From Moniliella sp. 'wahieum' (lineage: Eukaryota): a stretch of DNA of 54,049 nt. Positions 48,581 to 54,049 of the stretch are shown piece after piece. Location: NCBI GenBank assembly GCA_003971905.1, contig RSEE01000100.1, forward strand, positions 186,001-240,049, written 5' to 3'. The translations under genes and the position numbers were made by a program. Under the pieces are notes generated by a model. The model was not told the origin of the DNA. It was given only the letters and a program-made list of their open reading frames with translations, and searched no databases. The stretch's first letter is position 1, and each line of letters opens with the position of its first letter.

Positions 48581-49141
48581 TTAGTGGTGAGTGTCGACCT
48601 TGTAGCCCACAAGGTGCCTCCGACCAATCTGCGCAAGGGGGTGAATTGACGTCAGTTTCTGCTGAAGCCTTGACTATGAGGAAAGGGTAAAGGCTACGCA
48701 CAATCTCTCCCACCTTGAAGAAGCCGTAGGCCTCAAGACCATACAGCGCCACCGTCTTCCACTGGCCATTGGCGGCGATCGAGTTCCACCAGCCAATGTT
48801 GAAAGCATTGGCGTAAAACGTCTGGTACGCCGCCTTGATCTGGGCAAAGCTGGTCGGGGGCGCCAAAGCCTGGCCTTGGTACACCTGCTTGGCCACCTCA
48901 CCAGCCACCTTGGCATAGTACCACGCCGGCTGAGCGACAGCTGTGCAGCAATGCAAGTTAGTGCGGAGGAAAAAGCAGAGAGACCGAGACAAAACACGCA
49001 CCCTCGGTCTGGCGCGCAACGTTGAGGCCAGCAGCCTTGGCCTTGGCGACGTAAGCCTCGACGTTGTGGCGCGGGCGAAGAGTGGATGGCACGCGCCTGG
49101 GCCGGGGCGCGGCGGGCAGCCTGGCGGAGGGCAGAGAGCAT
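48581..49141 (-). CDS. ATP20: Mitochondrial ATP synthase subunit g
   Basis: Presequence MLSALRQAARRA; YYAKVAGEVAKQVY; LAPPT; YGLEAYGFFKVGEI|IGRRHLVGYKVDTHH*. Two introns. Confidence 0.95.
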
Positions 49142-49706
49142 GGCAAGCAGGCGATGCGAAGAGGCAGATGCCGATGGTGGTGGGACGGCGGCTGCGCTGC
49201 TGGCGGCGCACCGAGCGAGAGCGGGAGCGCTGAGCCGGAGAAGCCCTTCCTGCGCCCGCTCGCTGGCCCCCTGCCCGTCCTTCGCCCCGCATGGCGCCAG
49301 CCTGGTCCCGCGCATTCGTGCTTACAAAATAGCCCGGTCCGACCCGACCCGGCGCGCAGCTCAGCACTGTGACCAACCCTAGCAGCCGCACACTGTCCTC
49401 CTGCGATGCAGCACTGGAGCAGCCCATAATTACGGGCCCCATCGCCCTACTCGACCATCTAGCTGTGTTGCCATCCATTCAAGCACGATGTTGCGACCAC
49501 GACGAGACGTGCGCTCAAATATAAGCAGTAAAGCACGATCAAAGAAGGGCAGGGGGCATCTCCTACACGTAAACGCGAGGGCATGGGCCGAGATTTCAGC
49601 ATGGACGAATGAAAATCGAGGACTGTGTACAACGTATAAGAACCCTCCGTGGAATCCTTCGGATCTCTGCACATGTATACAGGTGAAATTGGTGATACCA
49701 GGAGTG

Positions 49707-52236
49707 TTACTCCCTGGAAATCGAACGCACCTCCTCCTCCAGCTCATCTTCCGCACAAGCCTCAGCTTCAGCCTCCGACCCCACATCTTCCGCCATTCGG
49801 GCTAGCACGCCCTCCGCTTCGCTCCCCCAGTCGGTGCGGAGGATGAGCACAATAAATCCAGTGGCACCCACCATGAGACCGATCCACAAGCCAAGCCAAA
49901 TTCCCTGCAACCCCCAATCCGCATAGAGCATCAACGCGCCGCCAATGGGCAATCCAACCACGTAGTAGGCAAAGAGGTTGATCACCGCGCCCTTGCTCTG
50001 CCGTCCGCTGCCACGGAGGATACCGGCGCCGACACCACAGATCCCGTCGGCAATCTGGAACGCGCCCACGTAGGGCATAATCGTTGCAATCATCGCCACT
50101 AGTTGGGGTCAGAGGAGAAACCACCCCCCTGGTTCCGGAACAGAATCATCGCCGAGGAATTGAGCAGGCCGCAAACTAATGCGCCTACCATAGCAGTACG
50201 GGTGGAGAGGGCAGCCCAGTAAGGCTGGTTGGCACCCAGTAGATTACCGATCCGCACCGCCGATGCGACACTGACACTAAGCGGTGTTGATACGTCAGGC
50301 TGCAAGTAACCAGCAGTACAGACTGCGCCGCCAGCGCCGACGTTCCCAGCATGGATGACATGAGATTCGCCACCTCCCATGCCCACCACTCGGCTGCCAT
50401 CGCGATCGTCGATGAGAGACCGAGACTCCAAACATCGACCAAACCCTTGACCTCAAGCGCTTTACGCGTGAGGCCTTGCCACGCATCGCGAGGGGCCACC
50501 CAGCATTGGAACAAACCAAAAACAAGCATGATGTAGTAGGACAGCACACTGGCCACTGGCGCACCAATAAAACCCAGTCGGATCCGGTCTGGTCCGTAGA
50601 CCAGTAGGATCTGCGCGGGTACATTGAATGCCGAAGCCACGGCGACAGCGATGGTGGGTGCATGGAAAAGACCCAATGCTTGGAGGTAGCGACGAATGAT
50701 TTCGAACCCACCAAAGGCAGGGAGAGCAAGGGAAAGTACTTCGAGGTACCGCGCCGCCAGCGCGGACACTTCAGGGTCTTGCCTCAGAGCAAGTAGAAGT
50801 CGTTCAGTGTTGAGCCAAGTGATGATGATCGGGATAAGGAGGAAGGCGATTAGGATGCACATGCGTTGGGTCCAAATGCCCACTGTGTGCGGGTGAGGAG
50901 AGCTATAAGCCGCAGGTAAGAGCGAATCGAGGGCAGAAACCCAACCGGAAATAATAGAGAAGCCGGTCACGTTAGCCGTCATGGAAGCAAGAGAGGCGGC
51001 AGCCAGTTCTGAATGGCAGATATTTCAGCAGTGTCAGTCCATGATCCCTCGATCCCGTCAAACAAGTAGAATGGAGATGCGTACGAGTTGTGCCAAGATG
51101 TCCGATGGCAAAGACGGTCACCACGCTGAGCGACAGCTCAAGCAAATGAGTTCCCAAGATGGGTGCAGTGTACCACGCCAATGTCTTGGCTTCTTCTCTA
51201 GCGGCCCCAGGGCCAGGGATTGCTTGGGATAAAGATTCGTCTGACGACGTGACCGATTCGGCGTCTTCCGTTGCATCAGGTCTCGAAGAAGTGGGTTTCG
51301 CGCCCTGGCCATTGGGCACAACGGGGGAAGGCGCAGCACCGCCGTACGAAGGCGTGGGCGCGTCAGACACAAGTGGCGTGCGCTCATGAGCATGGCCACC
51401 TACCCGCTCAACGTCAGTAGGTGCAATGCTGGAGCGGCGGATCTGTTGCTTGGTCTGAGCCACATCGGCCGGGCGTGGAATAACTTCGTTGCTGCTGCGG
51501 GACCAGCGACGCTCGGAGATGGGTGCACCCATTCCACCGAGTCGCTGCTGGAATGAGCTGCGGCGGCGCACGATGCCCGGGTGATGGGCAGCACCCGTCG
51601 CCGATCCCTCGGGGGGCAATTGGCCGGGGGGGTAGTGGTTGAAGGTACTGTTGCTGTACCTGCTCAATCGGAGGCGGGTTGGGTTCGCCACCGAGGATCA
51701 TCTCGCGGTACCTCCTCGTGATGCTCGAAGCGCCCGGGCTGTGGCTGGCGCTCAAAAAGGAAGAGCGGAAACTGCCGCCTTGTGGGGGCGGATGCTCTCG
51801 GCCCCGCCCTGCAGGCATCACCATAGGTTGGGCATGAGTTCCATAGGAACGCCTGTTTCGCTCAACCGAAGATTCGCGGCTGCTCGCACTGGCTGAGGGG
51901 GGCAATGCTGGCCCCATCATGGCCATGACCGGGTGGAGCAAGGTGGGATGGGTGTTGATCAGGGGTGCGTCGAGCACGATGAAGGGCATGTCCCACATCA
52001 CTTAACGGCGCAGTGGGCGTAAAGTGCGGGTCAAACACAGAGCCTGACTGGGAATACCGCTCGACCGCCCGCCGAGCTTCGTCTAGCTCACCCTGTTCAG
52101 CGGCCTCGTCGGACTGGGCGAGGCTGTCGTCCGGACCATGGAACGGTCTAAGGGTAGTTCTCGGCGCCTGGAGCAGACCATAATCACGGGGCACGCTACC
52201 GGGAGCGGAGAACTGGCCCCGCGAGTTGACGGACAT
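49707..52236 (-). CDS. MATE-family efflux transporter (ERC1-like) with a long disordered N-terminus
   Basis: Motifs: TANVTGFSIISGWVSALDSLLP, RRYLQALG, LGFIGAP, MAAEWWAWEV, RIGNLLGA, FQIADG..GILRGSGRQSKGAVINLFAYYVVGLP. An N-terminal HERTPLV resembles a vacuolar dileucine motif. Confidence 0.94.
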
Positions 52237-52873
52237 GGCGATAGTGTGTGGGGAAAGGTGATGGAAGAGCGATAAAAGCAGCCAGGAAAGTGGATGGAGT
52301 GTGGCCTTACGCTGGCCAAGAGTTGAGTAGGAGGGGAGTATAAAGTAGTGAATTTCAAATAGTGCTCAGCGTTCCTTCAGCTTCAGAGCTCCGTGTGTGA
52401 CGCGTCAGCGCGTCAGCCGACGGCGGCTCAGACAGCTGAACTAGTGACTTGGCGGGCCGCGCCTGTTGCCCTATGCTGGCTCAGAACCGCAGCTTGCCCT
52501 CTCCAGACTCGCGATTGTGCCTCCCTCGGGCCTTGGCCTGAAAGGGGGGATACGTGATTAATGATTAGTCGATAACAGAGAATCCGATACCAAAATGTTG
52601 CGCACTGCGCGCTTGGGGCGGCCAACGGGGCTAGCGTAGTACTAATCGTTATACTGACGACAGCATTGACGACATGACCATTAATCGGCGCGTTGTCGCG
52701 ACATTTGAACACATTAACATCCTTTAGATCTAAGGGCCGATTATGGGGAGAATGGCAGTGAATATTGATGTCCCTGACATCCTAGTGGAAGGTGACCAAT
52801 TTCGTTACGGCGTTAGAAACACGTATCTCTAACGTCTTCTGTTGTTCGCGGTTGGGCCGTAGCGCGTAGGCCT

Positions 52874-52920
52874 AAGCCTTAGGCCTTACCGGTTACCGGT
52901 TACGGATTACCCCGGTTACC
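52874..52920. repeat. 7-bp lattice array AAGCCT-t-AGGCCT-t-ACCGGT-t-ACCGGT-t-ACGGAT-t
   Basis: Units start at 52874, 52881, 52888, 52895 and 52902, followed by degenerate CCGGTTACC. Confidence 0.85.
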
Positions 52921-53295
52921 TACCAAAAAGTAACTACGTAAGTAGTGGTACACTGTTGCGACGGTGACTGGCTTCACCGAGATCGCGGTGCACTTCCAGC
53001 CTCATTAGCCCCGAGGCTCCGCGGGCTCCGAAGACTGCTGATGCGCGCGTACCAGCGTAAGCCAACGCCTGTATCCCTTGCTGTTTCCTACCACCAACGC
53101 CTATCTCTCGCCCGCAATCGATAGCCTACGCTATTATCCCAAACGCTTCAGCATCCATTGCGGTCTCTATAGCCGAGTGGACCAGGGCGTCGCTACAATA
53201 CCCTCACCAATGCCCTCGGTGGTCTCCTGGAAAAGGTGATGTTCTGAATTAGTAGTGTGAGGTATTGCGAGCGGTGGGTGAGCCTCGTGATGGCC

Positions 53296-54049
53296 CTAGA
53301 TAGTAGCACTCAGTCCAGGTTGGTCGTCTTGGTCGCCAGACCCGGCTCCCGTAGTCAGACGGAGGCGGTGGCGGAGCCAACTTCTCGCCCAACTTCTTGT
53401 CCAGGTAGGCATCCGCCTCGTCGGCCGTCTTGAATGGCCGCCGACCCAGTGCAAGACGCATATCCTCCCGGGTGATCACCTCCTTTTCCAGTAGCAGCTT
53501 GGCCACTTTCTCCACATCCGCCTTATGTTCCGTTAGGAGCGCGTAGTTCGTTCGTGAGCCGCGACGACCATCTTCCGCACCTCATTGTCCAGGGTCTCGT
53601 TGGTTTTCCGAGTACGGCTTTTGCTGCGTGTCCTGATCTTGACGGTAAGAAATGGGGCCGAGGATCTTGTTCATCCCGTAGGTCGCGCAGATCTCATAGG
53701 CCATCTTGGTAATCTTGGACAGGTCGTCTTGTGCACCGTGGTGATGGAGCCGAAGAAGATTCTTCGCTCACCCGGCCACCGAGGGTCATGCACATCCGGT
53801 CCGTCAACTGCTCGGTCGAGAAGGAAATTTCTCTTTGGGCAGGTACTGGGCGTAGCCCAACGCGCCCACACCACGTGGGATGATGCTCACCTTGAGCAAA
53901 GGATCGGCGTGTTCGAGGAACCAGCCACAGACGGCGTGGCCAGCCTCGTGATACGCCACGTCTTCTCCTCGGGGCTCAACACTCGGCTCTTTGCGCTCCA
54001 ACCCGGCAATGACCCGTTCAAAGCTGCTCAAAAGTGCGCCTCCTCAACG
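53296..54049 (-). CDS. AFG3: m-AAA protease subunit (AFG3/YTA12 family), C-terminal peptidase M41 part only
   Basis: Motifs: [79 protein letters not shown]3 versus YTA12 cannot be distinguished from this fragment. Confidence 0.93.

Noticed and set aside
1..54049. Calling the frameshifted genes pseudogenes or programmed frameshifting
   Set aside because: The breaks affect nearly all genes, including housekeeping ones, and those examined are fixed by adding one base to a short run. Catalytic motifs are intact, so sequencing error is more parsimonious.

Overview
This window is eukaryotic, GC-rich fungal genomic DNA. It is probably a basidiomycete, and the intron-poor GC-rich genes suggest Ustilaginomycotina (inference only). 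It holds about 18 protein-coding loci and one intron-containing tRNA-Arg(ACG). In order: OPT-family transporter (runs off the left edge), BTN1/battenin, an orphan lower-GC locus, DUR3 urea transporter with a GATA-rich promoter, PDR-type ABC transporter, GRDP/DUF1399-like gene copy 1, MO25/HYM1, MRM2-type FtsJ methyltransferase, an unknown coiled-coil protein, a small secreted two-repeat propeptide, LAS17/WASP, GRDP copy 2 (inverted paralog), tRNA-Arg, RidA, Tea4/Bud14, MGM1, ATP20, MATE transporter and an m-AAA protease 3' end. Nearly every gene, including conserved housekeeping genes, is broken by apparent single-base deletions, which is best explained as long-read consensus error, so gene coordinates are approximate spans. 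Three observations stand out. (1) An intergenic 7-bp lattice (A-N4-T-N)n, in which different hexamers, often palindromic, stay in exact 7-bp register. (2) A small secreted protein that, after one homopolymer correction, looks like a Kex2-type repeat precursor releasing amphipathic peptides. (3) An inverted pair of GRDP-domain genes with duplicated DxxxxWH motifs and Cys/Gly-rich tails.
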